Origin: Candidatus Bathyarchaeota archaeon | Lineage (GTDB): Archaea; Thermoproteota; Bathyarchaeia; Bathyarchaeales; Bathycorpusculaceae | Length of the DNA stretch: 64,000 bases | NCBI GenBank assembly: GCA_963828195.1 | Contig: CAWHDT010000005.1 | Location: 890,116-954,115, forward strand | Reading direction: 5' to 3' | Part shown: positions 38,064-47,763 of the stretch, piece after piece | Layout: the number at the start of each line of letters is the position of its first letter | How positions within the stretch are numbered: position 1 is the stretch's first letter | The notes under the pieces: model-generated | The model's input: only the letters and a program-made list of their open reading frames with translations | The model's database searches: none | What the model was told of the DNA's origin: nothing | Program-made: the position numbers and the translations under genes

Positions 38064-39815
38064 TTGGCACTTGAAAATGACTCAGAACTGAAAGAGCTTA
38101 TTCGCAAAGCTGCATTGCTCAATGCCGTTTCGCACGACGGCAAAGCGCAAGCAGGCGCGATGGTTGGCAAAATCTTGGGCGAAAGGGCAGACCTCCGCTC
38201 TAAAATAAAAGAGCTCTCGACAATAATCAGCACAATCGTAATCGAGGTAAACAGCCTCTCCTTTGCAGAGCAAAAAGTAATTGTTGAGAAAAATTGGCCT
38301 GAAACACAGAAGAAAGAAAAGCCCGAAGAAAAACGTCTTTCGCCGTTGCCTAATGCAGATAAGTATACTCAGATTGTGACGCGGTTTTCCCCAAACCCTG
38401 ACTGCGTTTTGCATTTGGGTTCAGCAAGAGCTATACTTTTGAGCCACGAGTACGCCCGCATGTACAACGGCAAATTCATCTTGCGCTTCGAAGATACAGA
38501 CCCCAAAATCAAAAGACCCTCACTAATTTTCTATGACAGCATAAGGCAGGATTTGAAGTGGCTTGGCTGCAAAGTTGACGAGGAATACATCCAAAGCGAC
38601 CGACTACCCATTTATTACGAATACACGGAACGGCTGATTCGCAACGGCAACGCCTACGTTTGCGAGTGCCCGCCTGAAGAATTCAGAAAAAAAACCATAG
38701 CTAAAGAACCCTGCCCATGCAGAATTCTGCCGTCATCAGAAAACTTGGAACGCTGGAACCGCATGCTCAGCGGCGGATACGCTGAAGGTCAAGCGGTTGT
38801 TCGAGTTAAAACTGATTTAGAGAATCCCAATCCCGCAGTCCGCGACTGGCCGGCGCTGCGCGTCATTGACACAAAAAAGAATCCGCACCCGCGAGTCGGA
38901 AGCAAATACATCGTTTGGCCCCTCTACAATTTAGCCGCCGGCTTAGATGACCACCTTATGGGCATGACACATATCATCCGCGGCAAGGAACATTACACTA
39001 ACATGGTTCGCCAAAAATACATGTATGAGCATTTAGGCTGGACGTACCCCGAAGCCATCCATTACGGCAGACTAAAAATCACAGGCACTTTCCTTAGTAA
39101 ATCAAAAATTATTCAGGGCGTAAAAGACGGCATCTACACCGGTTTCGATGACCCGCGCCTCGGCACTTTTGCGGCGCTGAGAAAGCGGGGAATCACCCCT
39201 GAAGCCATCAAAAAAATGATAATCGACGTGGGAACAAAATCAAACGACGTAACGCTGAGCTGGGAAAACCTGTACTCCTACAACAGAAAAATCCTCGACG
39301 CAGCAAGTAACAGGTACTTCTTCGTGCCCGAACCCGAAGAACTTAAAGTTTTGCATATGCCGAAAACTTTCGATGCCAAGCTCCCTTTGCACCCTGAAAA
39401 ACCTGAACGGGGCTTCAGAGTGTATGCGCTTGCTCCAAAGGGCGAAGAAAAATCAGCAACACTTTGGGTTTCAAGAAAAGATGCCGAAACGATGGAGAAC
39501 GGCAAAGTAATCAGGCTTATGGAATTATTTAACGTCAAAATCGACGGCAAAACAGGTAACTCGGTGACGGCGACGTTTTCCAGTGAATCCTATGAAGATG
39601 TTAGAAAAATCAAAGCTCCCCTAATCCAGTGGATACCCAAAGGCGAAGAGTTCCCTTGCCAAGTGGTTATGCCAGACGCCTCATCTACCCAAGGCTTCGC
39701 CGAGGCTGCCTGCAAAAAGTTAAAGCCAGACGCTGTAATACAGTTTGAACGCTTCGGATTCACGCGGATAGATGAAGTGAACCAGAAACTAATCGCTTAC
39801 TACGCCCACAAATAG
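38064..39815 (+). CDS. gltX: Glutamyl-tRNA synthetase (archaeal)
   Basis: TRFSPNP..LHLGS, LRFEDTDP, THIIRGKEH, LSKS, QFERFGF. Confidence 0.96.
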   Translation: MALENDSELKELIRKAALLNAVSHDGKAQAGAMVGKILGERADLRSKIKELSTIISTIVIEVNSLSFAEQKVIVEKNWPETQKKEKPEEKRLSPLPNADKYTQIVTRFSPNPDCVLHLGSARAILLSHEYARMYNGKFILRFEDTDPKIKRPSLIFYDSIRQDLKWLGCKVDEEYIQSDRLPIYYEYTERLIRNGNAYVCECPPEEFRKKTIAKEPCPCRILPSSENLERWNRMLSGGYAEGQAVVRVKTDLENPNPAVRDWPALRVIDTKKNPHPRVGSKYIVWPLYNLAAGLDDHLMGMTHIIRGKEHYTNMVRQKYMYEHLGWTYPEAIHYGRLKITGTFLSKSKIIQGVKDGIYTGFDDPRLGTFAALRKRGITPEAIKKMIIDVGTKSNDVTLSWENLYSYNRKILDAASNRYFFVPEPEELKVLHMPKTFDAKLPLHPEKPERGFRVYALAPKGEEKSATLWVSRKDAETMENGKVIRLMELFNVKIDGKTGNSVTATFSSESYEDVRKIKAPLIQWIPKGEEFPCQVVMPDASSTQGFAEAACKKLKPDAVIQFERFGFTRIDEVNQKLIAYYAHK

Positions 39816-39826
39816 AAGATGAAAAC

Positions 39827-40135
39827 ATGAGAAAACTCGATAAAGCAATAATTTGGCCAATCTACTTCGACGTTTCAAAATCAAGGAAAAAAGGGCGGCG
39901 TGTCCCAAAGAACTTGGCAGTGCAGTTCCCAAAAATCACGGAAATCAAAGAAGCAGTTGACAAACTAGGCCTCAAAAACGAAGTAAAGTTAGAGGCTCAT
40001 TTCCCCAAAACCCATTGGGCAAAAACTGGAATGCTGCTTGTTGAAAAGAAAGAATCTAAAGAAAAAATAATCCAGAAAATAGCAAAACAACTAGTGAAGA
40101 TTAAAAGCGCAGCTGTTCAACCGAAGAAATTTTAG
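39827..40135 (+). CDS. srp19: Signal recognition particle protein Srp19
   Basis: IIWPIYFD..KSRKKGRRVPK. Confidence 0.93.
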   Translation: MRKLDKAIIWPIYFDVSKSRKKGRRVPKNLAVQFPKITEIKEAVDKLGLKNEVKLEAHFPKTHWAKTGMLLVEKKESKEKIIQKIAKQLVKIKSAAVQPKKF

Positions 40136-40527
40136 CTTTTCTCTTTAGCAGCCATTAAGACAGCGTTGATTACGCCGTCTTTGCCTGGTCGGCTGGTGAC
40201 TTTTGCAGATCCCAACGCGGTTTCTATTTCTGCGCCTTTAGTTATTACGCCTCTTCGGTTGTAGTCAACGTTTGCGCCGTTTCTGACAACTCGTGTAATT
40301 TCGGTTTTCTCTGTTTTGCCGCTTTTAGGATCAGTTACTGAAGCAGACTTGTCGCTTAGAACTTTGACTCTTATGTTGCCGCCTAAGCCTCTGGACATTT
40401 TCCTTCGGGGTGCACCGAGAATTGTTTCTGCTGGGTACCCGCCTGCCTCGTACTTTTTCTTTGACCTGTAAGCTCTTTTTTTGCCGCCTGTAAGTTTTCT
40501 TTTGCGTAAACTGCTATGCGAAGACAT
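40132..40527 (-). CDS. rps8e: 30S ribosomal protein S8e
   Basis: KRKLTGG, GGN, RRGVITKGA, VTSRPGKDGVINAV. Confidence 0.96.
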   Translation of the reverse strand: MSSHSSLRKRKLTGGKKRAYRSKKKYEAGGYPAETILGAPRRKMSRGLGGNIRVKVLSDKSASVTDPKSGKTEKTEITRVVRNGANVDYNRRGVITKGAEIETALGSAKVTSRPGKDGVINAVLMAAKEKS

Positions 40528-40751
40528 AATCTACATTTCCTTTTCGATAATATCTGATTCGAGTAGTCAGTAAAACCGCTAATTTCCATATAAACATATC
40601 CATTTTAAGGCACTTCTTCTCCTGCAAAATTGAACTTCTTGCCCAGTTGAACTTAGAAAATACTTGCCAGAAACCCAAAGGGAGACCATCGGGTAAGGAT
40701 TTAGCGACAAGGGAAAAGAGCGATTTGAAGACTCAAAATTCCGTTTTCCTT

Positions 40752-40991
40752 TCAGCTCATTTTAGAAAGCAGAAGCGTGGTAGTTTCTTTCTTAGATTGC
40801 GCAAGCGCAACGAAAGCGTTTAGAAGACCTTTCTTAGAAGCATCCAGAATTTCAAGTGAAACAAGCTTGCCAGATTTGTCACAGCCAACGATTACGTCAT
40901 TATCAAGCAATTCTTCGTCAGCTAATGCGCCTTCTTTGACCTTAACAGTAAGAACATCTGCTTCTGCATCATACTTTATTATCGAAGTCAT
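40752..40991 (-). CDS. DUF2283 family protein
   Basis: YDAEADVL...DKSGKLVSLEILDAS. Confidence 0.8.
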   Translation of the reverse strand: MTSIIKYDAEADVLTVKVKEGALADEELLDNDVIVGCDKSGKLVSLEILDASKKGLLNAFVALAQSKKETTTLLLSKMS

Positions 40992-41020
40992 TTTTCCGAC
41001 TGTTTCCTTTGCTTTCGCAT

Positions 41021-41623
41021 TTATGTTTCTTGGTAGTCTTTTAATGCGTCGCCGAAAATGCGTTTTAACTCTTTCTTCATTAAGCTGGCATCCTGGGTCA
41101 ACCCGAAGTAATCCGCAAAATACTCAGTGGTTTTTAGCGCCATGGAGCGTCCGCTTCTTTCAGCCACAATCAACCCCATATCCTTGAGCAGCTTCACATG
41201 GCCGTAAGCATGTTGCCCCCTAACATCAATTACTCTTTTCTGAGAAACAGGCTGCCGCCAAGCAATGTAGGAAAGAGTTTTTAGGGGTCCCGAAGAGAGA
41301 AGGGGTCTGTTTACAAGTTTCTTTATTAACGGTGTATAGTCGGCTTTCACCTGCAGGACGTAACGTTCATCTTTTAGGGCTAAAATTTCAAGCGCCGTGT
41401 TCCTCGCCGCATACTGCTGCATTAGAGTTTCAAGGTATTTTTGTACCTTCTTCTTCGAGCGGCTGCCTATAACTTGGCATAACTCGTTGAGGTCCAGTGG
41501 GCGACCAGCCACGTACAGCGCTGCCTCTAACAACGCCAAGCAATGAGCTTTCCGCTCGACATCCTGCGCCTGCTCCAAATCAAGGTTTGAATCAGCTGCT
41601 GCTTGTTCCTTCGGCTTTTCCAA
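41021..41623 (-). CDS. scpB: SMC-Scp complex subunit ScpB
   Basis: LEAALYVAG, LKTLSYIAWRQPV, TTEYFADYFGL. Confidence 0.93.
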   Translation of the reverse strand: MEKPKEQAAADSNLDLEQAQDVERKAHCLALLEAALYVAGRPLDLNELCQVIGSRSKKKVQKYLETLMQQYAARNTALEILALKDERYVLQVKADYTPLIKKLVNRPLLSSGPLKTLSYIAWRQPVSQKRVIDVRGQHAYGHVKLLKDMGLIVAERSGRSMALKTTEYFADYFGLTQDASLMKKELKRIFGDALKDYQET

Positions 41624-42302
41624 CGTTCAGTTTCCCCACGGCAATGTATAATTCTTCTGTCTCTTCATTCTGCCATAAACTTACTAAACCATCCTGAGCT
41701 AAAAACAAGAGATAAATAAACATTCTTAAAGCTTCAATTCTTGTTGCGCCCTTCGATAGGGTTGAGAAATCGATTATGCCGGCACCCTTCACTTTCTCGC
41801 ATAAAATAGCATACAACTTGTCAACCTGCAACTCAAGCTCAGCGATAAACTTGTCAAACTGCGGCATCAAATCTGTAACCGCTGGAAGGATAGGATGCTG
41901 CTCCATCGTATGGTCCAAATGAAGCAGTTTTTCGCCCTTCAGCACATCATCTAAAACCTCAAGTAAATGCTGTATAGTGGTGGATGTCAACTCGTGACGC
42001 AGTGGCAAGAACAGAGGCGGTGGAACAAAATCCTGCGGTCCCTTAGACGGCAATGCAGGTGGCTCTTGCAGTGAAAGAAGCAACTTTGACTTCATCAAGT
42101 AAATAAGCGCTGAAGAATCTAATGCTACACCTGAGGCTCGGAAATCAACTTTATCCGTCCGCTCCATCTCAGCAAGAAACGAACGCAGCAGGTAAGAGAT
42201 GTTAACGTTCCACGGGGTAAGCTTCTCAAGCTTGCTTACTTCAAACAAAATGTTCCAGGGTGGCCGAAGATAAAACGGCTTTCTCAGCGGCGACGTTGAC
42301 AT
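41592..42302 (-). CDS. scpA: Kleisin ScpA
   Basis: PWNVNI, LMKSKLL, FIYLLFLA; between smc and scpB. Confidence 0.88.
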   Translation of the reverse strand: MSTSPLRKPFYLRPPWNILFEVSKLEKLTPWNVNISYLLRSFLAEMERTDKVDFRASGVALDSSALIYLMKSKLLLSLQEPPALPSKGPQDFVPPPLFLPLRHELTSTTIQHLLEVLDDVLKGEKLLHLDHTMEQHPILPAVTDLMPQFDKFIAELELQVDKLYAILCEKVKGAGIIDFSTLSKGATRIEALRMFIYLLFLAQDGLVSLWQNEETEELYIAVGKLNVGKAEGTSSS

Positions 42303-45300
42303 CAGCTTGGTGCCTCCGGTGGAAACTTTGCAGTGACAACATTGGAGACCCCGTTGCGTTCGTAGACCCCGTAGACTTTCTGCGCCTTGTTAACCATTTC
42401 AGGGCGCAAACTGATTACTATAAACTGCATTTTCGCTGCTTCTTCGAGAAGCACTTCTGCTAGCTTGGTCGTGTGGTAAGCGTCCAAGTGCGCGTCAACT
42501 TCATCTAAGATAAAGAAGGAGGCTGGCGTGAACTCTTTCAGCGAAAATATGAAGCTGACCGCCGAGACTGAACGTTCGCCGCCGCTTGCCCCACTCACGA
42601 CTATTGAGGGTTTGTTGGGGAACTGCACAATCATATCTATGCCCCCAGTGAAGGGTTCGTCTTGGTTTTCAAGCTTAAGCGTAGCTTCTCCGCCGCCTGT
42701 GAGTTTGGAGAAGTACTGTTTGAGGCTGGTGTTGATTTTTTCGAAGGCGGACATGAAAACCTTGCGTTTTTTCGCTTCGATTTCATCCATGAACTGTACG
42801 ATGGCTTGTTTTTCTTTCTCTAACTCGTTTAAGCGCACTGACAATTCCTTGTAGCGGGACAGTTGATCTGAGTAGTGGGAAAGTGCAAGTTGGTTTATGG
42901 CGCCTATTCTCTCCATTTCAAACTGCATCATGCGGATAGTTACTTCTGCTTCCGCAACCTGCTTCTGGCTTGTTTCTAAGGGCTGTTCGTAGCCGAATTG
43001 GCGGAGTTGAGATTGAAGCTGCTGGAGACGAAGCTGACTGGTTTCTATGCTTAGCTGCTGTTGATTCAGCAGTTTATCTGCTTGTTCATACTCGAAATCA
43101 AGCAACCGCAGCTCCGCGTCAATAGAGTCTATTTGGGAAGTGAACTTTTTGGATTCTTCACGCGCGGAAAAGACAGCGTTTGAAAGCTCGACGCGGCTTT
43201 TTTCGAGCTCTTCGATTCCTTTCTTTAAAGACTCGCGCTCTTGAAGTGCGTCTGCAACTTCTTTCTCAAGTTTTTTCTGTTGCTGTTCAACTTTAACTAT
43301 CTGTATTTTGATGTTCTTGTACCCGTTTCTTAGAACCCTGTCAAATTGTGACTGATAAGTGGAAATCTCCGTTTGGGTTGACCCTGAGTTTTGACGAAGC
43401 TTGTTTAGTTCTTCTCCCAGTTTTTCCCGCTGAACTTCGAGTTCTTGAATGTGGGTCACATCGGTTTTCAATCTTAAAGCGGCGATCTCCGATTGCAGTC
43501 TCTGGTCTGTTCTTCTTATGCTATTTCGCTCATTCATGTAAACGCTCATGCGCCCTTTGTATGCTGCTGCTTCACGTTCAAGTTTGCCGCCGTACTTTTC
43601 TGTGTGGCGAATGTTGAATTGGGTTCTTTTGACGCTTCGTTTGATTCTCACTATTTCCCTGTCTAAGGTAGCGATGGATTCTGAGAGGCGTGTCATTTCG
43701 ATTTTGCTTCGGGTGATTTCTTCTTCGATGCCCGTAATGTCTGTTCCTCTTTGGGTAAGGTGCGTTTGGAGGGCTTTTACAGCTTCATCTAAGCTTTTCA
43801 GGGCGTTTTCGCTTGGAATTATAGTTGAGAAATCTATTGGCGCACGGTAATAGCCGCTTTCAAATGCGCCAGGTTCATACAAGTCACCGTTGATTGTGAC
43901 GGCTCGGTAGCCCTCGTTTGAAAGAGCAAAAGCCACCTTGTCGTTTGAAACAACTACTGTGTCCCCGAAAACATAGTTTACTGCCAATTCATAGTTGCTC
44001 TCATACTTCATGAAGCTTGCGAGGGCACCTATCACGCCTTCTCTGCTGGGTGTCCCTTTGTTTTTTGGGTTGATAGCTCCCTGCAGCGGAATAATTTTTA
44101 TCCTGCCCAGCTTCATGCGCCTCAGCGTCTCAGTACAGGTGAAGGCTGAATCGATGTTCGCTACAACCAAAGCGTCAAGCCAACCCGTCGCCGCCGCTTC
44201 GATAGCTTTCTTGTAGTTTTTATCGATTTTTATCAGGTTACGCAGCCTGCCGTAAACCCCGCTTATCGCACCGACATTACCCATTTCCTCTATGCTTCTC
44301 AGAGCTTTTTCTTCAGCAGCTATGGTTGCCGCAAGGTCTCTTTGAGTAGCAAATTCGATAACCGCATCTTTAGCTGAGCTGGCGATTTTTTCGGCGTCAG
44401 TGATTTCTTTTTCCACAGTTTCTTTCTGGATTTTTTTGCGTTCAATCGTGTGTTCAAGATTTTTAAGCGAGTTTTTCTGGTCCTTCTGAACTTGCTCCAG
44501 CTCACCCAGCGACTTCTCGATTTCAACGAGACTTGTTTGGAACTTTTCTTTTCGCACGGTTAAGTTTTTGAGTCTTCCACTGCACAGGCGCAGGGCGGCT
44601 TTATCTTTGGTGTATTCTGAGCGCAGATACGCAAGCCGCTTGACGTGGTTTTCGATTTCAGCCTGCTTTAACCGTATCTGCTGATTATTATCGTCTAGTC
44701 CTCCCCAAAGCTGCGCAGTTTCTTTAGCCGCTGCCTCATGCTCTACTTCCTTTTGAGCCATCATGTCCTTGATTTTCGCGTATTCACTGCGGAAGGCACG
44801 GATTTTCAGCCGGTTTTCCCTGATTTCCTTCCTGATGTTTTCTTGCTGGAGAAGGTTGTTTTCGCCCACCCGCTTCAAACTTTCAAGGCTGCCCTGCCCC
44901 GAATTAATTTTGCTGTTTAACTCTGTGAGTTTAGATTTTAATTCTCCAATCGTTATTTGGACCTTAAGAACTTCCGAACCGCCCTGTTCAAGGTTTTCGC
45001 CGCTGAGTTTTCGCCAGTCAGATTCGATTCCATGTCGTTTAGACCTGCGCAGGTCACGTTGGTCTTTTAATTTGTCAACTTTGGTCTTCACTTTTTCGGT
45101 TTGGCTGTTTGATTCATTTATTTTCGCGTTTAGTTGTGTTATGTCGCTTGAGATTTTGATTGCTTGGAACTTTTTGGTTTCAGTTTGGATGAAGTTGTAC
45201 CGTAGGAGCTGGTTGCGTTCGCGTTCTAAATCGTCGAGGCGTTTTTGCACTTCGTCGATTCTGCCCATGGCTGTGCGGATTGAAATGTCTGCGGCGCGAA

Positions 45301-45853
45301 GTTTCTCCTCAGCCTCCGCCTTCTCAGCGTCGTATTGCCCGATTCCAACGAGGTCTTCAATGATTCTTCGGCGTTCAAGCGGGTTAATGTCAGTTAACCG
45401 AGTTAGTGTGCCCTGCGGGATGATGTTTTGGCTTATGCTGCTGATTGAGCTCATGGAGAGAGTTTCTGTGATGTAGGTCCTAGACATTCTTCTGCCGTTT
45501 AAGCGGTAAACACTTTGACCGTTCTTGTAGACTTCGCGTGAAATCGTGACGGTAGTTGTGTCGACTGGCATTGTCCCGTCTGAATTGTCAAATTGGATAA
45601 CTACTTTAGCCATTTTTGCTTTTTCTTCGCCTGTTTTGCCTGAGCCGTGAAAAATCAGTTGAGCTGCGTTTTCCGCGCGGAGCCTCCTTGTGCTCAGTTC
45701 TCCAAGCGAGAAAAGCACGGCGTCCATGATGTTGGATTTTCCGCTGCCGTTTGGTCCTGTTAAGGCTGTGAAGCCTTTGTCCAAACCTATTTTGACGGTC
45801 TGGGGCCCAAAAGACTTAAAGCCTTTTAATTCGATTTTTTTTATGTAGGGCAT
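42302..45853 (-). CDS. smc: Chromosome segregation protein SMC
   Basis: GFKSF, GPNGSGKSN, coiled coils, hinge (GVYG, GRIKIIPL), SGGERS, LDEVDAHLD. Confidence 0.97.
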   Translation of the reverse strand: MPYIKKIELKGFKSFGPQTVKIGLDKGFTALTGPNGSGKSNIMDAVLFSLGELSTRRLRAENAAQLIFHGSGKTGEEKAKMAKVVIQFDNSDGTMPVDTTTVTISREVYKNGQSVYRLNGRRMSRTYITETLSMSSISSISQNIIPQGTLTRLTDINPLERRRIIEDLVGIGQYDAEKAEAEEKLRAADISIRTAMGRIDEVQKRLDDLERERNQLLRYNFIQTETKKFQAIKISSDITQLNAKINESNSQTEKVKTKVDKLKDQRDLRRSKRHGIESDWRKLSGENLEQGGSEVLKVQITIGELKSKLTELNSKINSGQGSLESLKRVGENNLLQQENIRKEIRENRLKIRAFRSEYAKIKDMMAQKEVEHEAAAKETAQLWGGLDDNNQQIRLKQAEIENHVKRLAYLRSEYTKDKAALRLCSGRLKNLTVRKEKFQTSLVEIEKSLGELEQVQKDQKNSLKNLEHTIERKKIQKETVEKEITDAEKIASSAKDAVIEFATQRDLAATIAAEEKALRSIEEMGNVGAISGVYGRLRNLIKIDKNYKKAIEAAATGWLDALVVANIDSAFTCTETLRRMKLGRIKIIPLQGAINPKNKGTPSREGVIGALASFMKYESNYELAVNYVFGDTVVVSNDKVAFALSNEGYRAVTINGDLYEPGAFESGYYRAPIDFSTIIPSENALKSLDEAVKALQTHLTQRGTDITGIEEEITRSKIEMTRLSESIATLDREIVRIKRSVKRTQFNIRHTEKYGGKLEREAAAYKGRMSVYMNERNSIRRTDQRLQSEIAALRLKTDVTHIQELEVQREKLGEELNKLRQNSGSTQTEISTYQSQFDRVLRNGYKNIKIQIVKVEQQQKKLEKEVADALQERESLKKGIEELEKSRVELSNAVFSAREESKKFTSQIDSIDAELRLLDFEYEQADKLLNQQQLSIETSQLRLQQLQSQLRQFGYEQPLETSQKQVAEAEVTIRMMQFEMERIGAINQLALSHYSDQLSRYKELSVRLNELEKEKQAIVQFMDEIEAKKRKVFMSAFEKINTSLKQYFSKLTGGGEATLKLENQDEPFTGGIDMIVQFPNKPSIVVSGASGGERSVSAVSFIFSLKEFTPASFFILDEVDAHLDAYHTTKLAEVLLEEAAKMQFIVISLRPEMVNKAQKVYGVYERNGVSNVVTAKFPPEAPS

Positions 45854-46221
45854 TTAGTCTTTATCCTCACGGCAAGCAGTCTACACTATATTATTTTAAC
45901 ATCTCATCAACATACGTATAAAAGCTTATAGCATTGGGGCTCGAGTTCACACTAAGCGTTTCAAAAACAAATTGTGGTTTTGGAATAAAAATAGGACTGC
46001 AATGTCAAAAACATAAACGCCCGCTTAGAAACAGCTGGGAAGACCAACATCCCCTGGGCCAATCCGATAATTTTTCTTATTTTTAAGGCATCCAACTTTA
46101 CATTTCCGTATCTGTGCAGCTTAAGCGCGATTATGCCTATTTCAGGGTTTATTAATCGATTTTAGACGGAAAATTAATATTATGCGCATGTGCATGGGTT
46201 TAGGAAACGTTGGTGACGTAA

Positions 46222-46428
46222 TTGAGTTTTGGAACAAAAATTTTTAGCGGCGTTCAAGAAGTGTTGGTTTTAGCGTTAATGATTGCCGCCGTTTTTGCGC
46301 TTTTCTACGTTGACATGAGCATCACGCTCAAAGTAGGCATCGCAGTGATAGTGTTCTCAGTAATCTTCCTAATGACGTTGGCGACCCAAATTCTTCGACA
46401 GCAAAAAGACACCAAACCCGCTGCCTAA
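46222..46428 (+). CDS. Small two-TM membrane protein
   Basis: GGTGA RBS, TTG start, two hydrophobic helices. Confidence 0.65.
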   Translation: MSFGTKIFSGVQEVLVLALMIAAVFALFYVDMSITLKVGIAVIVFSVIFLMTLATQILRQQKDTKPAA

Positions 46429-46465
46429 AACACGCTTTCACTTTCACTCCACCCTCCCCTGTTCT

Positions 46466-46486
46466 GCAACGTCGTTTCGACGATGC
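46466..46486. promoter_or_regulatory. Palindromic operator abutting the TATA box of the inactive RadA-like gene
   Basis: GCAACGTCG-TTT-CGACGATGC directly followed by TTTAAAA. Confidence 0.5.
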
Positions 46487-46542
46487 TTTAAAAAGGGTTC
46501 AACGCGCAATGCTGCTTTGTCTATAAACAGGGAGAACAACAG

Positions 46543-47262
46543 ATGTCTCAAAGTTTAATTGTCAAACCTGCAATGGCTCAGCCACTATTTTCTTTAAACA
46601 TGCCAGGTGTAGACGAGCTTTTTCCAGGATTTGCACCAGGCGACTTCGCCGTGCTTTACGGGTCGCCATCCGTTATTTCATTAACTTCTTTGCTCTGCAT
46701 AAGAGCGCAGTTGCCAGTGCAGCTTGGCGGCTTAGGAAGCAACGTTGTCTTCATCGACGGCGGAAACACGTTTAGGCTCTACAAAATCGCCCGTTTAGCC
46801 CAACTTCACCAGCTTAACCCAAGGCAAGTGCTTGAACGCATCTTTATTTCAAGAGCGTTCACAGCTTACCAGTTAACTTCTCTTATACTGGATAAACTAG
46901 AGGAAACCATAAGAAACTACGACGCCAAACTCGTGGTCATTTCAGACATAGCTGGATTCTTTTTAGATAATGACATTCCAAATGAAGAGGCGCAAAGAGT
47001 CTACAGCCAAATCATCAGTTACCTTTCAAGCTTTGCCAAAAAACACCAAATAATCCTAATTGCAACTTACCTTCCCTACTCTGACAGCCAAAGAAACAGT
47101 CTACTTCAAGAAGTAACCTGTTCAAAAGCAAACACAGTATTATCTTTCACCAAAACCGCCTACACGCGAGAAGTGGCATTGGAGAAGCACCCATTTTTCG
47201 TTTTAGGCACCGCTGAACTCCCATCCGAAAACCTGACGCTGACCGACTTCATGGGCCCCTGA
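46543..47262 (+). CDS. Inactivated RadA/Rad51-like protein (degenerate Walker A) with C-terminal PIP-like motif
   Basis: QLPVQLGGL, VFIDGGNTF, RAFTAYQL, LVVISD; P-loop is YGSPSVIS (no GKT/S); ends ENLTLTDFM. Confidence 0.78.
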   Translation: MSQSLIVKPAMAQPLFSLNMPGVDELFPGFAPGDFAVLYGSPSVISLTSLLCIRAQLPVQLGGLGSNVVFIDGGNTFRLYKIARLAQLHQLNPRQVLERIFISRAFTAYQLTSLILDKLEETIRNYDAKLVVISDIAGFFLDNDIPNEEAQRVYSQIISYLSSFAKKHQIILIATYLPYSDSQRNSLLQEVTCSKANTVLSFTKTAYTREVALEKHPFFVLGTAELPSENLTLTDFMGP

Positions 47263-47377
47263 CGAACAGTTGAGTAATTGTAAAAAACGCGGCTGAATTC
47301 TCCTTTTATTTCTTGTAGGCGTCATTCGTACATTTTTAAGAAAAATTATTGGAAATCAATTTGTTTTTTAAAAAAAG

Positions 47378-47406
47378 TTATGAACAAGTATTAACTAGCT
47401 TTATAT
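47378..47406 (+). promoter_or_regulatory. Island box 1 plus TATA
   Basis: TTATGAA-CAA-GTATTAA at 47378; TTTATAT at 47400. Confidence 0.7.
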
Positions 47407-47450
47407 TTATCTGAACACTCCAATTGGTAAAATCAAAATCGGTGTTATTA

Positions 47451-47561
47451 TTGAAGAAAACTCGAAAAACCAGCCGGAACATTGAAGAACAGATTATTGT
47501 CGATGCTCAAGGAAAACCACACAGCATCTTTCAAAAAAGAATTTTTAAGAAAAAGCAATAA
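47451..47561 (+). CDS. 36-aa basic microprotein (MKKTRKTSRNIEEQIIVDAQGKPHSIFQKRIFKKKQ)
   Basis: TTG start after TCGGTGTTA, downstream of box 1 promoter. Confidence 0.45.
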   Translation: MKKTRKTSRNIEEQIIVDAQGKPHSIFQKRIFKKKQ

Positions 47562-47763
47562 ATACTTAAACGAACGAATTTTAAAATAGGCAGTTTTCTC
47601 TTCTTTATTTTGTTCCAAGCCGTTTCTTGTTACTGATTGTTGGTTTTTTCTCCGATTTCACCCATTTTTCCAAAAAAATTGTGTAATTTATTCGTTTTTT
47701 TTAAAATATTTGGGTGCTTTGATAAGGTTAAATGGAGTTTCTTAAAAAAAAAGGAAAAAGGGA

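Noticed and set aside
17243-40991. DUF2283 genes as complete TA modules
   Set aside because: Neither copy has an adjacent DUF4258/RelE-like partner; treated as orphans
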